Shown here piece after piece: positions 26,364 to 38,989 of a stretch of DNA of 64,000 bases (position 1 is the stretch's first letter; each line of letters starts with the position of its first letter). This DNA comes from Lytechinus pictus (lineage: Eukaryota): assembly GCF_037042905.1 (NCBI RefSeq), contig NC_087252.1:806001-870000 (forward strand), given 5' to 3'. The notes under the pieces are model-generated. The model saw only the letters and a list, made by a program, of their open reading frames with translations. It ran no database searches and was not told the origin of the DNA. The translations under genes and the position numbers were made by a program.

Positions 26364-27902
26364 ATGGCCAAACTGAGTCTAGCCATCGTTCTTATAGTAG
26401 GGATAGTCTCCGTTCACACCAACAAAATCAATGTTTTTGAAGGACTTTTCGACCAAGTTTGGTAAGTACTATCTCGAGTTCGTGTGTACTTATTTTTTCT
26501 TCTCTACCCATATAGCACGTTGTTTAAGCATGTCACTCTAACAACAAGTTGTTTAAACTTTTTTGTAATTGTTAAACTTTTTAAACAACTTGTTTAAAAA
26601 GTTAAAACAACTGTGTAAAAAGTTTAAACAGCTGTTTAAAAAGTTTAAACAGTAGTTGTTAGAGTGACAGGCTGAAACAACGTGCTTAAAATTTTAAACA
26701 GCGTTTTTACAGTGTATAGTATGCTCATTATAAAAGTTATTTTTATGCCTTATGCCTTTTTTAAGTTATGCCTTCCTTCATGTTTTTTTTTACTCCCGGT
26801 CTTTTAATGACAGTGCCCTAATTAAACTATTAAGAAGATAAACATAAAGTCACAGATACTCTTCTCTAAAATGTCTTTAGGTCTCGATTCTTATGACATT
26901 AAATTGATTATAAAAATCTTAAAGATAATTATGGTTAATAAAAAAGGTAATAACCCTCATTCTGACCATGCTAATTGCACATTGATCGATATGTTTTAAT
27001 CATGTATTTTTCCATGGTAAATTATAAACATTAACCTGGAGTCTCACTCCTCCCCCTCTCTCCCCCTCTCTCTCTCTCTTTATCTCTCTCTCTCTCTCTC
27101 TCGCTCATCAGGGAGGAAGCCAATTTTGATGGACTCACTTTGGTCTATACTTGGGCCCCAACCTTTTGTGTAAAGGTATGCATATAAGAAGCATTATTCT
27201 ACCCCTGTGCTATTCTTCTGTATCTGTTTTTTGTATCATTTTTTCTATTCTACATTAACCATTATATCAAGGCGGATTTTTGCTTACAAAATCAAAGACT
27301 AACTACCTTTATTGCTTAAATCTAGATAACATAATTTTCAACTTTATTTGAAATTATGAAATTTAGATTTGAGAATTACTCTTGTATTACAAATTACCCT
27401 CATTTAAGGAAAAATGTATTAATAAAATATTGATTATTTTGAATCGAGGTAATTGATATATGTTAACAGCTAATATACGTCTTATTCAGCGCTGAAGACA
27501 ATGAATATTCAATAAACGTGGAAACGTGGAGAGCGAAGTTGGCTCAGTCGGTAAAGCGTCTGCCCGTCGAACCAAAGATCGTGGGTTCGAGTCCACCCCG
27601 GGCGGATGACTGAAGCCAGTGCGTTGTGTGTAAACGTCTCTCCCCTGTTTCATAGATGCAGGCTGTGTTACAGTGGAAAACGCTCCGTCCCTCGGATAGG
27701 ACGTTAAATGGAGGCCCCTTGTGGAGGAGAATCACCACCTTTGCACGTTAAGAACCCACTGCACTATTCGAATAAGAGTAGGGGAAACCCCGGTGTAGTG
27801 GTCCACCTGCATTCCCCAACAATACTTATTATCATCATTTATATTATTATTATTGTTGTTGCTATTGTTATTATTTCTATCATTATTTTATTATAATCAC
27901 TA

Positions 27903-27935
<33 letters not shown>

Positions 27936-30900
27936 TAGTAGTAGTAGTAATAGTAGTAGCAGTAGAAGTAGTAGAAGAAGTAGTGGTAGAAGTAGTAGTA
28001 GTATCATTATTATTGTTGATATTATTATTATAACTATAATCATTGTGATCATTATTATTATCCTGTAATATTTTTTTTCGATTTACCGAAGGGACCATGT
28101 ACACTCAAGAGCACAGCTAAGAAGATATGGACAATACACGGTTTGTGGTAAGTTTGATCAATCTCTCTGACCGCGCGCGCGAAGCGGGTAAGCTACGAAA
28201 ATCATTCTGCATTGAATACAATTATACAGAAGATAGTGCTTCACTCCCCACCAAAACTGTAAGCCTTCATCTACACTTTTCCAGGGATTTATAATCGGGG
28301 TTTTTTACAGGTAAGCCTAAAAAGATTAGGGTCAACTTTGTATCAATGACCGAAGTAAGAGTAAGTTTAGATTTTGAGTTTTCTCATGAAGTAACTTCCC
28401 ATCAATATGTCTGTACAATATATTGATGATCGATAAATTCAGGATAGTTGCTTATGAAATATGTCTAATCTATTGGCTTAGATTTGATGATTCAATCCGT
28501 TTCTTTACACAAAGTACTTTTGGTTATTTTTTGTAATAAAATTACAGGCCGTACAGTAATAACATGGCACCTTCTCAGGGGAGGACAATTAACTGCGGAG
28601 GAATGTACAATCAGGCTGCTATCTCTGTAAGTCAAAGAAATATACATTTTATATAACATTATATTACATTGTATTATATTATACAAATATAAAAGGCTTT
28701 GAGAAAGTATAGTGGGAATTATTTATCCGAGGTTGGACTGGCAACTACTATTTTTCCCCGAGGGGCGAAAATAGTAACATTCATTGCCAGTCCAACCGAG
28801 GATTAATAATTCCGACCATGCTTTCGAAAGAAACGATTGATATATTATTTGTACTATATCCCTCTTTGACTTGTGGGCGTAGTCCTTGCTGATGTTTTAA
28901 CAAATCTCGACCAAATATAACGTTGCCAGACCTAGTCCTACTCTAGGCCGGTCGAGATAATGCTAAGCAGTTCCTGGGTAGGCTGCGCGCGGCTTCTACC
29001 ACTATACCGTGTTTATACTTAATCGGCATTTGAATCGGCTCGCGGTTCTGAACCGCGAGCCGATTCAGCATCGGCTTTTTCATAGCGTGTAAACGCGAGC
29101 AACTTGAATCGGCTCGCGGTTCAGAACCGGCAATTTGCACCACCAAAGTAGTAGGTTCTGAACCGCGAGCCGATGCAGAATCGGCTTTTTTACTACGTGT
29201 AAACAGAAAGCCGATTCTGCACCGGCAATTTGTGCGCATTTCAATTACTTTACCATTGTGACGTAATTGTAAGCGCACTGATCCAGCGTTGTCTTTATTA
29301 TGACGTATATTGTAGGTATGCGTATCATTTCAGGTTTTTGCATCGGCTCGCGGTTCTGAACCGCGAGCTGTAACAACGTGTAAACGCAATCCAAATGCCG
29401 ATTCTGCATCGGCATTTGGTTCAGAACCAATTGCCGATTAAGTGTAAACACGGTATATACCGTGTTTACATGTGATCGGCTTTTGGTTCAGAACCAAAAG
29501 CCGATGCAGAATCGGCTTTTGGTTTATCTTGAACTGCGTTTACACGCTGTTACAGCTCGCGGTGCAGAATCGGCTCGCGTGTCAAAAACCTGAAATGATA
29601 CGCTCTCCAACAATATACGTCATAATAAAGACAACGCTGGATCCGTGCGCTTACAATTACGTCACAATGGTAAAGTAAATGAAATGCGCACCAATTGTTG
29701 CCGATGCAGAATCGGCTTTCTGTGTACACGTAGTAGAAAAGCCGATTCTGCATCGGCTCGCGGTTCAGAACCTATTACTTTGGTGGTGCAAATTGCCGGT
29801 TCTGAACCGCGAGCCGATGCAAGTTAATTGCGTTTACACGCTATGAAAAAGCCGATGCAAAAGCCGATTAAGTGTAAACACGGTATAATTAGTTAGTAAA
29901 TACGCGCAGGCTAAATATAGATTTTATGCTCTAAAAATTAGTATCGAAACTTGACTCACCTTGTTAGGTATATTTATTCCAGATGCTGTATGAATGGCCG
30001 TCGGAATTACATTTTCTGCATTGTAAACTAGACCCAATTCAACAGTGTTTTTTTTTTCAAATTTGTCAAGAGCTTGTATTTCACTTGATTGCGAATGATT
30101 TTGGTCAAGTCAGGCCTGGGAGCGTGCGCACTTCAACTTTTAGGGAAAATATCGAGCATGAGCATGCGCAATTCTACGGAGCCCGGGAAGGGACATGGTA
30201 AAAATATTTTTATCTCGTTAAAACGAGATAGTTATCTCGTTTTAATGAGATAGTATCTCGTTAAAACGACATAGTATCTCGTTAAAACGAGATAGTTATC
30301 TCGTTTTAATGAGATAGTATCTCGTTAAAACGACATAGTATCTCGTTTTAATGAGATAGTTATCTCGTTTTAATGAGATAGTATCTCGTTTTAATGAGAT
30401 AGTATCTCGTTAAAACGACATAGTATCTCGTTAAAACGAGATAGTTATCTCGTTTTAATGAGATAGTATATGTCGTTTTAACGAGATACTATGTCGTTTT
30501 AACGAGATACTATCTCATTAAAAGGAGATAACTATCTCGTTTTAACGAGATAAAAATATTTTTACCATGTCCCTTCCCGGGCTCCGTACAATTCGGCCCA
30601 TGAAAGTATATCGAAAAATATACGGAGCTACGAGAAAACTATACGGCGCTATTTGCAGTGATGTGTTTTCCTATTGAAATTATACTTTGTCTCACGAATT
30701 GACCAATCGTTTATCTAAAATACTCATGATTATTCATAAGCGGGAAATAAAGTGATATAAAAATACATCTTCATGGTACCGTGCGTGAAGGTGTGTGTGT
30801 GTGTGTGTTTTAAGCGAGTAATAGCTCTTTGTAAGACATTGAGGTATATCATAATTCTTGTTTTCATTAATGGACCTCTTCCTCGTTCATATCATTTTGC

Positions 30901-31090
30901 AGACAATAAGATCCGAGTTGGAGGATAAGTGGCCATCGTATAGCTCCAAAACCACTGACCAATTCTGGTATGTATCTTACCTCGATCTCGGAGTGGAACA
31001 AAGGAATATATTGAATAAAATAATATAACTGAATATTCTTGGATTTTGAGTTGGGTTAACGTGGACAGTTTCTCGGAATGCTCTATTATG

Positions 31091-31139
<49 letters not shown>

Positions 31140-31241
31140 CACTACTACTACTACTACTACTACTATTACTACTACTACTAATACTACTACAACTACTTCT
31201 ACTACTAATAATAATAATAATAATAATACTACTACAACAAC

Positions 31242-31291
<50 letters not shown>

Positions 31292-32753
31292 ATACTAATA
31301 CTACTACAACAACAACTACTACTACTACTAATACTACTACAACTACTACTACTTCTACTACTACTACTACAACTATTCTACTACTACTACTACTATACTA
31401 CTAGTACTACTACTACTACTACTACTACCACTACCACTACTACTACTACAACTACTACTACTACTACTACTAATACTACTACTACAACAACAACTACTAC
31501 TACTACTACTACCACTACTACTAATACTACTACTACAACTACTACTATTAATACTACTAATAATAATAATAATACTTCTACTACTAATAGTAATAATATA
31601 ATAATAATAGTAATAATACTACTACTAATAATAATACTACTACTACTACTACTAATAATAGTAATAGTAATAATACTACTACTATTAATAATAATAATAC
31701 TACTACTACTACTACTAATACAACTACTACTACTACTACTACTAATAATAATAATAATATTAATACTAATACTACTAATACTAATACTACTACTACTAAT
31801 AATAATAATAATAATATTACTACTACTACTAATACTACTACTACTACTACTATACTACTACTACTTCTACTTTTACTACTACTACTCATACTACTTCTAC
31901 TACTATTACTTATACTACTACTACAACTACTATATACTACTACTACAACTACTATATACTATTACTTATTCTACTACTACTATTATTTCTTGTACTACTA
32001 CAACTACAACTACTACTAGTACTACTACTACTACTACCACTACTACTACTAGTACTACTACTACCGCCATCACTTCCACCGCCATTTCCATTTCGTAAAA
32101 ATCTGAAAAATCACTTGATTAATACAGTTTGATGATTAATATGAGTTTGGAATAAAAAAAAATAAATACATTGCACTTTGATCCTTTAGGGGAACCATTC
32201 TCGACTAGCACTTGTGCTAACTTTTGGTTCTCCCTTTATCAGCATTTCTCTTGATATAAAATCACTCATACCATTTATAATTTATGTTCATGCATACGAT
32301 CAATTTTTATGGTGATTTGCTTCTTGTCAGGTGAAACTGCATCAAGACAAACCACATGATGTTACTCTTTCGTATTATAATTATGCTGATATCACATGCG
32401 GTATAATATTATGCTTTTATATAGACTATGCTTTATTATTATTATCATTATTTATTTGGCCATAAAAAACATACAAAAATTGTACAATGTAATTACAAAA
32501 ATACAATTTGAAATTTGAAAATTAAATATGGATAAAGTAGAAATGAAAGAAAAGAATAAATAAATGAAAGAAGAAAAGAAATGAAAGAAAAGAAGAAATG
32601 AGCTTATGTTATGTTATAAATTGCATTTATATGATTCATGTGATACAAACACATTCTTGTAAATATGTATTTTACATATATTCATTCATGTAAATATGTT
32701 AATGTTGTTAAGAAACTCAACTAAACTACTATTACAACTACTAATACTACTAT

Positions 32754-32791
<38 letters not shown>

Positions 32792-35700
32792 TTACGACAA
32801 TTATTACTACTACTACTAATACTACTGCTACTACTACTACTACTACTACTACTGCTATTAATACTGCTACACTACACTACTACTACTTCTACTGTTAATA
32901 CTACTACTACTTCTACTACTTTTAATACTACTACTACTACTACCACCACCAATATTACTATTACTACTACTCCTTCTACTACTATATTACTGTTACTACT
33001 ACTGTTTCTTATTATCATTGCCATTATTATTTTTTTCAAGACGATCCCTTTTTTTGTCTTGTATGTAAATGAACGTGCCTTAGATCAACACTAACATACC
33101 CAATGAAATTTGAAACGGATTTGATTTATTAATTGTTCTATTTCCCTATTCATGTATTTCTTACAGGAAACATGAGTACGTAAAGCATGGTACATGCGCA
33201 GGTAACCTAGCCAAGTTTAATTCGCAGCTCAAGTATTTCGAAGGCTCCATCGATCTCTTTGATAGATACGACATCAAATCGTATGTTAGACATCTTTTCT
33301 GTTGTGATTTTAATTAATTGTTATTCTAATCGTTCAGGTATTTCTGTTTTCTTGGTAGACTGAAATAGAACTTCTTACATTCCCGGGGGGGGGGGCACTT
33401 CCATCAGTGACGAGTGGATACCATTCGCGACCATGGGGTCTCGAAAAGCACCCTAAACACGTATTTTCCATATTCTGAAAATGCACCCCTTAACAAGTAT
33501 TGGCGTGTGAAACCCTACCTTTAACAAGTATTGGAAGCAAAACGATACCCTTGGCAAGTATTCGAACCCCTAAACATGTACAGCGATATTTTAATTGTTA
33601 TATGTCACGGACCTCGGTCGTCGGTTTTACCTTTACCTTCATAAGCTAATACTATCAGTCAAACAGTTATAATTAATGCCTTTGTACATCAAGTTTGGTG
33701 CTCTCCGGCATTCTTTTCTTCAGAAAGATATATGTTCAATTTTAAATACATCTATTGCTATCAAAGTTAGTGTAAGAGCGCACAGCTCTACGTCAGACTT
33801 CCGTTGAACAGAATCGGACATTCTAAATCATGCTTAAATTAGGAAGTTCATTTCTACTCTTTTTACGATTGTAGTATCTTGGCAAACGGCAACAACCCTG
33901 TGCTACCCTCTAGAAATATTAATTATCCACTGAGTTGGATCACAACAGCTCTCAAGAAGGGACTCGGAGTGGAACCTAATCTCTACTGCATAGTAAGTAT
34001 ATGATCGACCGACGTAGAGGGCACCAAGATAACACTGCAAAGAGAGCCATTAATGTTAGGGAAGGACCGTTTGGACTGCAATTCGGTACCGACGCGATTT
34101 TGACGTATAATGACGATATAATAGGGTCTATTTAGTCCTGATACTCAAAACGTAAGGAGGTAGCGTAATTTCCGACGTGTCGGTCAGCTCGATCGAGTGG
34201 ATACCATGCGCGACCCAAAAAACACGTAAAAGGATCTCTTTTTCAAGATAGGGCACATTTCGTACTTAACGTAATAAGGGTGTCAAAAACACTAAAATAA
34301 TGAAAAAAGGGTATCTATTTTGCTAGGGAAACTACGTGTTTACGGTCCGATTTGCGAGGGTATAAAAGATTATAATACTTTATAAAGGATGTACTTTTTT
34401 GCACCAACACTACGTGTTTATGGGCCTTGGGGAGTTGGGGGTGGTGGTACGTAGGCCTATCCAGCGGTTTACTGATGGTTGGTCTAATATCAACAGGTAG
34501 CTTTTCGATCAGTTCAAAACGTATATTAAAAATTTCGCACTCGCAGTAATTAATTAGTTGCATACACATCTTATTCAGGATCACAAAACCTGCCCAGAAT
34601 GTTCAAATTTTAGGAAAAAATTTAAATGAGGATTATAAGATTATTATGTATTTATGTTGATTTATTAGAATAAAGCAAAGAGGTAACAATTCGAGCGGCC
34701 GATCGGGGAAAATATGGCTGAAAAAAAATCGCCCCCCCCCCTTTTGGCGAAGGCTGGATCCGCCCCTGTTATTGTTTTGTAAATGTGCATGCGGTGATGT
34801 AATGATTATGAGTATGATATAATTTTCATCATCATCTATCAATATATAGGCCAAATAAGAATTTTATTTGATTAGAATAATTCATTTGATGAGCAACTAT
34901 CTCGTCATCGATAGTCCTTCACGGTGAGGTCTTGCGCCCAGCAGTCCTTCCCTGGCTCTACCCCTCCGGATCCTGGCGACATGTATTAACTGATGCATGG
35001 TTTTTATCCATTACGTACCATATTTGCTAATTCTAGATAAAAAAAAAAAATAATAAATGATGTTATATTATAATAAATGGAATTAGACCAAGTGTGAATT
35101 AGACCAAATGAAAATTAGACCAAGTGACGATCAGCCCAACTGGGCATTAGACCATTTGGCGATTAGACCAAGTGGTCATTAGACCATTTGGCTATTAGAC
35201 CAAGTGGTCATTAGACCAAATGGATATTAGACCAAGTGGTCATTAGACCAATTGGATGTTAGACCAAGTGGAAATTAGACCAAGTGGAAATTAGACCAAA
35301 CGGTCATTAGACCAAATGGATATTAGACCAAGTGGTCATTAGACCAATTGGATATTAGACCAAGTGGAAATTAGACCAAGTGGAAATTAGACCAAACGGT
35401 CATTAGACCATGTGACAATTAGAAAAAATGAAAATTAGACCAAGTGGAAATTAGACCAAGTGGTGTTAGACCAACTGGAAATTAGACTAAATGGTTTAAG
35501 CCCAACTGCTCAATAGACGAATTGGATATTAGACCAAGTGAGAATTAGCCCAACCGGTTATTAGCCCAAAATGGAAATTAGACGAATTGGATATTAGACC
35601 AAGTGAGAATTAGACGAATTGGATATTAGACGAACTGGTTGTAGACGAAATGAGTTTAGACTATGTGAAGTTGGACGAACTGATAAGTAGACCAAGTGGT

Positions 35701-37801
35701 ATTAGACCATCCGATAATTCACCTACCCAGCGGCCTTAACTTTAATGCCGACACAGTAGTTACCCGGTTTGTTTGTGTGCTTCTCTGGTATTGTAACTCA
35801 AATGTCCATACACATACTAACTGCTGGGGCTGTTAAACTATCGCTGTAGACTTACTTGTTTAGGGGGTCAAAGGAAGGGGATACTTGTTAAAGGTCAAGT
35901 CCACCTCATAAAAAAAAGTTGTTTTGAATCAACAGAGACAAATCAGACAAGCATAATGCTGAAAATTTCATCAAAATCGGATGTAAAATGAGAAAGTTAT
36001 GACATTTTGAAATTTCGCTTATTTTTCACAAAATACTTATTTTTTATGCACAACTTAGTCACATGCATATGAAATAATCGATGATGTCCCTCACTCACTA
36101 TTTTTTTTTTTTTTTGAATTATACATCATTTCAATTTTTACAGATTTGACAATAAGGACCAACTTGACTGAACCTATAATGTTAAGCAATGGTAACTCCA
36201 TATGTTCAGTGAGAAATAAAACTTTGTTTCACAGGACAATGAGGAGAAAATAAGAATATTTCATACTTCAAATTATAAAATATTAAAGAGAAAGTGAGTG
36301 AGTGATGTCATCAGTGCCCTCATTTGCATACCGACCAGGATGTGCATAACTGTAATGTGAAATTAAGCGAAACTTAAAAATGTCATAACTTTCTTATTTT
36401 ACATCCGATTTTTATGAAATTTTCCTTTTATTCAAATCAACTTTTAGTTGGGGTGGACTTGTCCTTTAAGGGAACCGTTTTGTTTCTAATACTTGTTAAG
36501 AGTAGGATTTCACACGTCAATACGTGTTAAGGGGGCATTTTCAGAACATGGAAAATACTTGCTTAGGGTGCTTTTCGAATCTCCATGTTCATGATGGTAT
36601 CCACTCGTCAATGGAAGTGCTCCCCCCCCCCCCCCCCCCGGGGCGCAATCAGCAAGTCCACTGGAGTCAAGACCATTGACACGGGCTCCTTACTCGTCTT
36701 GAAACAGTTTTTAAAGTTATCATTTTCTTTGAATTAAAAAATTGAGGCAAGAATCTGAAAAAAACAACGATTTGTTTATGAATATTCATGACAGCGTCAA
36801 TTGCGTCAATACCGAACTGGAGCCAATACTGACTGCAAATAGTGCGACGCCCTCTACGGTTGTTGATATGACTTAAATCTATAGAAAGGTTTTACCCATA
36901 TGCTTCATCATAAACGTGCAACGGTTGTTGATTTAAAAAAGCAACGCCCCGTGGCTTGCGTCTAATGCGTGAATTCTGAATAGCCTTTGTCTTTACGATA
37001 TAATTTTTTCTTTAAAGTTACTTCATTGATCATGTGACCAAACGTCATGTTGCTTCATGTTACCGATAAGAAAAGTTTCCTTCACTCACAAGGTTTATGC
37101 TTCTAAGTAAACTTCATGCTTACCCGGTGCATCAAGCTTAATCGGCGACAAAGGCCTCTGATTGGTTCAGATAGGGTCATGTGACATTTCAGTTGGAACT
37201 GTTGCATTAAAACTGCTCTCGTTGGAGTGCAGGTATGGTGCGTTATATACCTGCACTAAGAAAGCATCCTTTCCAATGCGCGTATTTGCATTCATGCGGT
37301 GTGTGGTAGGCCTATATCTTGGATGTTCGAGAGAATGTTACCATGGTTACTTGCAATGGTATGAAGCCATGGACAAAATTCATTTAATATTTTTTTCACA
37401 CATATAAAATCGTACACTAAGAGTTTGGGACAGCTCAGTATCGTTGCATGTTGGGAAAGTTGTATGAAACAAACAAACACAAATGATTGCGTTTTAGTGT
37501 TAATACCTCTGTACATATTTTGTTATATTTCTTTCTACATTTATAGTCGAAGAACCGTGTGCAATACTTGTTCGAGATTCGAGTATGTTTCGACACGTCT
37601 CCCCAATCCGTTCTGATTGACTGTACCGGGCTGACTGGCGGTGGTAAATGCAACCCTGGCACGGTCGTATATCCCCCGTTTCAAGACTACGTCAATGCCA
37701 AGTCTCTGTCACGTGACGAACTCGATTCTGATTGGCTGTTCAACATGGTGGCTGAAATAATGGAAGACAGAGATGGTGATGATGAGACCATGCAGCTATA
37801 A
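26364..37801 (+). CDS. RNASET2: Secreted ribonuclease T2 family protein, 282 aa, 8 coding exons: 26364-26461, 27112-27175, 28092-28147, 28548-28626, 30903-30967, 33167-33280, 33875-33992, 37547-37801
   Basis: All introns are GT..AG and the phases join into one 849-nt ORF. Signal-like N-terminus MAKLSLAIVLIVGIVSVHT; FDGLTLVYTWAPTFC; CAS I WTIHGLWP; CAS II FWKHEYVKHGTC; C-terminal YLFEIRVCF..C..C..YPP; 8 Cys. The symbol marks the family; orthology is not tested. Confidence 0.95.
27528..27822 (+). mobile_element. tRNA-headed SINE with a Deu/Nin-like core (DeuSINE) in RNase T2 intron 2
   Basis: A box TGGCTCAGTCGG, B box GGTTCGAGTCC; core GGACGTTAAATGGAGGCCCC..GCACTATTCGAATAAGAGTAGGGGAAACCCCGGTGT resembles the Deu domain as I recall it; followed by (ATT)n. 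Confidence 0.75.
28695..28830. repeat. Hairpin-forming dispersed repeat (second copy at 46110-46202)
   Basis: GGCTTTGAGAAAGTATAGTGGGAATTATTTATCCGAGGTTGGACTGGCAA is identical at both loci; inverted arm TTGCCAGTCCAA. Confidence 0.75.
29003..29887. mobile_element. Two adjacent copies of one MITE in opposite orientation
   Basis: Each is bounded by TACCGTGTTTA / TAAACACGGTA; junction GGTATATACC at about 29452-29461; interiors are reverse complements. Confidence 0.85.
30175..30588. mobile_element. IS3EU-like non-autonomous foldback element
   Basis: TACGG...CCGTA termini, long near-perfect TIR, exact 6-bp TSD CAATTC; interior is 21-22-bp palindromic tandem units TATCTCGTTAAAACGAGATAG. Confidence 0.8.
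31088..32065. repeat. About 1-kb compound (CTA/ATA)n microsatellite; similar tracts at 27826-28060, 32720-33030 and 57230-57430
   Basis: Directly visible trinucleotide repeats. Confidence 0.97.
33382..33640 (+). mobile_element. End fragment of a CCCGGG(G)n-terminated DNA element
   Basis: Reverse-complement match to 36470-36642. Confidence 0.7.
35081..35715. repeat. 16-bp minisatellite, about 40 units
   Basis: Consensus ATTAGACCAAGTGGNN. Confidence 0.93.
35892..36465. mobile_element. Kolobok-like MITE family A, full length
   Basis: TTAA TSD on both sides; AGGTCAAGTCCACC / GGTGGACTTGTCCT. Confidence 0.88.
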
Positions 37802-37828
37802 AACAATAATAGCTCCATGATGAGACTA

Positions 37829-38825
37829 CAGTGCGTATCAAAAAAAAGTTTACACTTTAAAAAAGCCTTGGGAATTCAAAAAATATACAACATGTGGGTA
37901 ATTTTTTCACATATAATCTTGGGTTTGGGTCTCATCTATCCAATGAACATGATGAAAGTAAAAGTTTTGACAGAATGTTACACTTGAGTGAGCACTGTCC
38001 ATTTTTGTAAAGCTCGCATAAATCTGTTTGCGCAGAAATGCTCGTTTTCACGCTGTGTCAAGGGGAGAGGGCGAAATAAAACTTACCCTGCGAAACATTT
38101 CTCATATTTCCCTTGCACTTTTAGTCAATTGAAATAAAACGGATACATTCAAAAGTTTTGTAACAATTTTGCCACCCACACCCAAATTGAAATTTCAACA
38201 CTTGGTAAGCACAACCTTTACGCTTTTTGTGCTAGCTGCATCTGAGGACATAACTGAATCTGATAAAAAGTTTATATCAGACATCTCCAGCATTCTTTCA
38301 CTAAGTTTTTATCATTTAAAGTCGGTTTACATTTCATTTTTCATTTAATACTTGTTTCTCCATACTTTTTCCAAGCTTGACAATGATCAACAAAATGAAA
38401 ATCAAGCCTAAGCCATTTCATGTAAATCACAGCTCAGTGTAAAGCAAATATCGTCACGATGGCCTCGGTGTGTGGGGGAGTGGGGTGGGGCGCAATGCAC
38501 TTTTCGAAGTGTTGTGGGCATGGAAACAAGTTAAAAAAGGTAAAAGATATCTTCAAATCAATTGTACTAGCTAAATCCCACGTGTTCTTCATAATTAAGG
38601 TCTACTTTTATTCGAAGAACTATTTCAAAGTTCTGCGCAAATCATTTTTCACTAACTTATCAAAAGTGATGCTCACTCAAGCGGAAATATTTTTCGACAG
38701 TTATATCGTCATTTGCTTAAATGGATCTGTACCAATGTTAAAATGTGGAAAAATCTTCAGGATATTACAAATGTATAATTTTACCGGATTTTTTCTAAGT
38801 GTAAACTTTTTTTTGATACGCACTG
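37829..38825. mobile_element. Tc1/mariner-like non-autonomous element in the RNase T2 3' region
   Basis: TA TSD; TIR CAGTGCGTATCAAAAAAAAGTTTACACTT. Confidence 0.9.
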
Positions 38826-38989
38826 TATAATACCGCCTCCACCGAAAGGATTATAGGAAACGATCAACTTCTAATCAAATTTATGCCAGGGTATAGAATT
38901 CAAAGAAAATTAAATTTTCTCGTTTTTATTGTCTTTAGGTTGATGGTGTTGTATTATTCTGCTTTCAAATTTGTATATTCCTTTATCAA

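Larger units (their letters stand above)
34193..36642. mobile_element. Second copy of the CCCGGG(G)n element, containing nested insertions
   Basis: Left CGAGTGGATACCAT and right ATGGTATCCACTCG..(C)nGGG; contains a 16-bp array and a family A MITE. Confidence 0.6.

Noticed and set aside
28285..28310. Extra RNase T2 mini-exon (CCAG..CAG|GTAAG)
   Set aside because: It introduces TAA in the required phase; exon 3 joins 28548 cleanly.
30213..30550. Palindromic short-repeat array as CRISPR
   Set aside because: No spacers; it is the interior of a TIR element with a TSD.
31046..32098. 350-aa ORF and overlapping poly-L/T/V ORFs (also 32696-33094, 27883-28104, 57098-57578)
   Set aside because: Translations of (CTA/ATA)n microsatellites inside introns.
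38459..38830. 123-aa ORF as a transposase
   Set aside because: No HTH or DDE features; chance ORF in a non-autonomous element. The same applies to ORFs at 4912, 28943-29827 and 56666.
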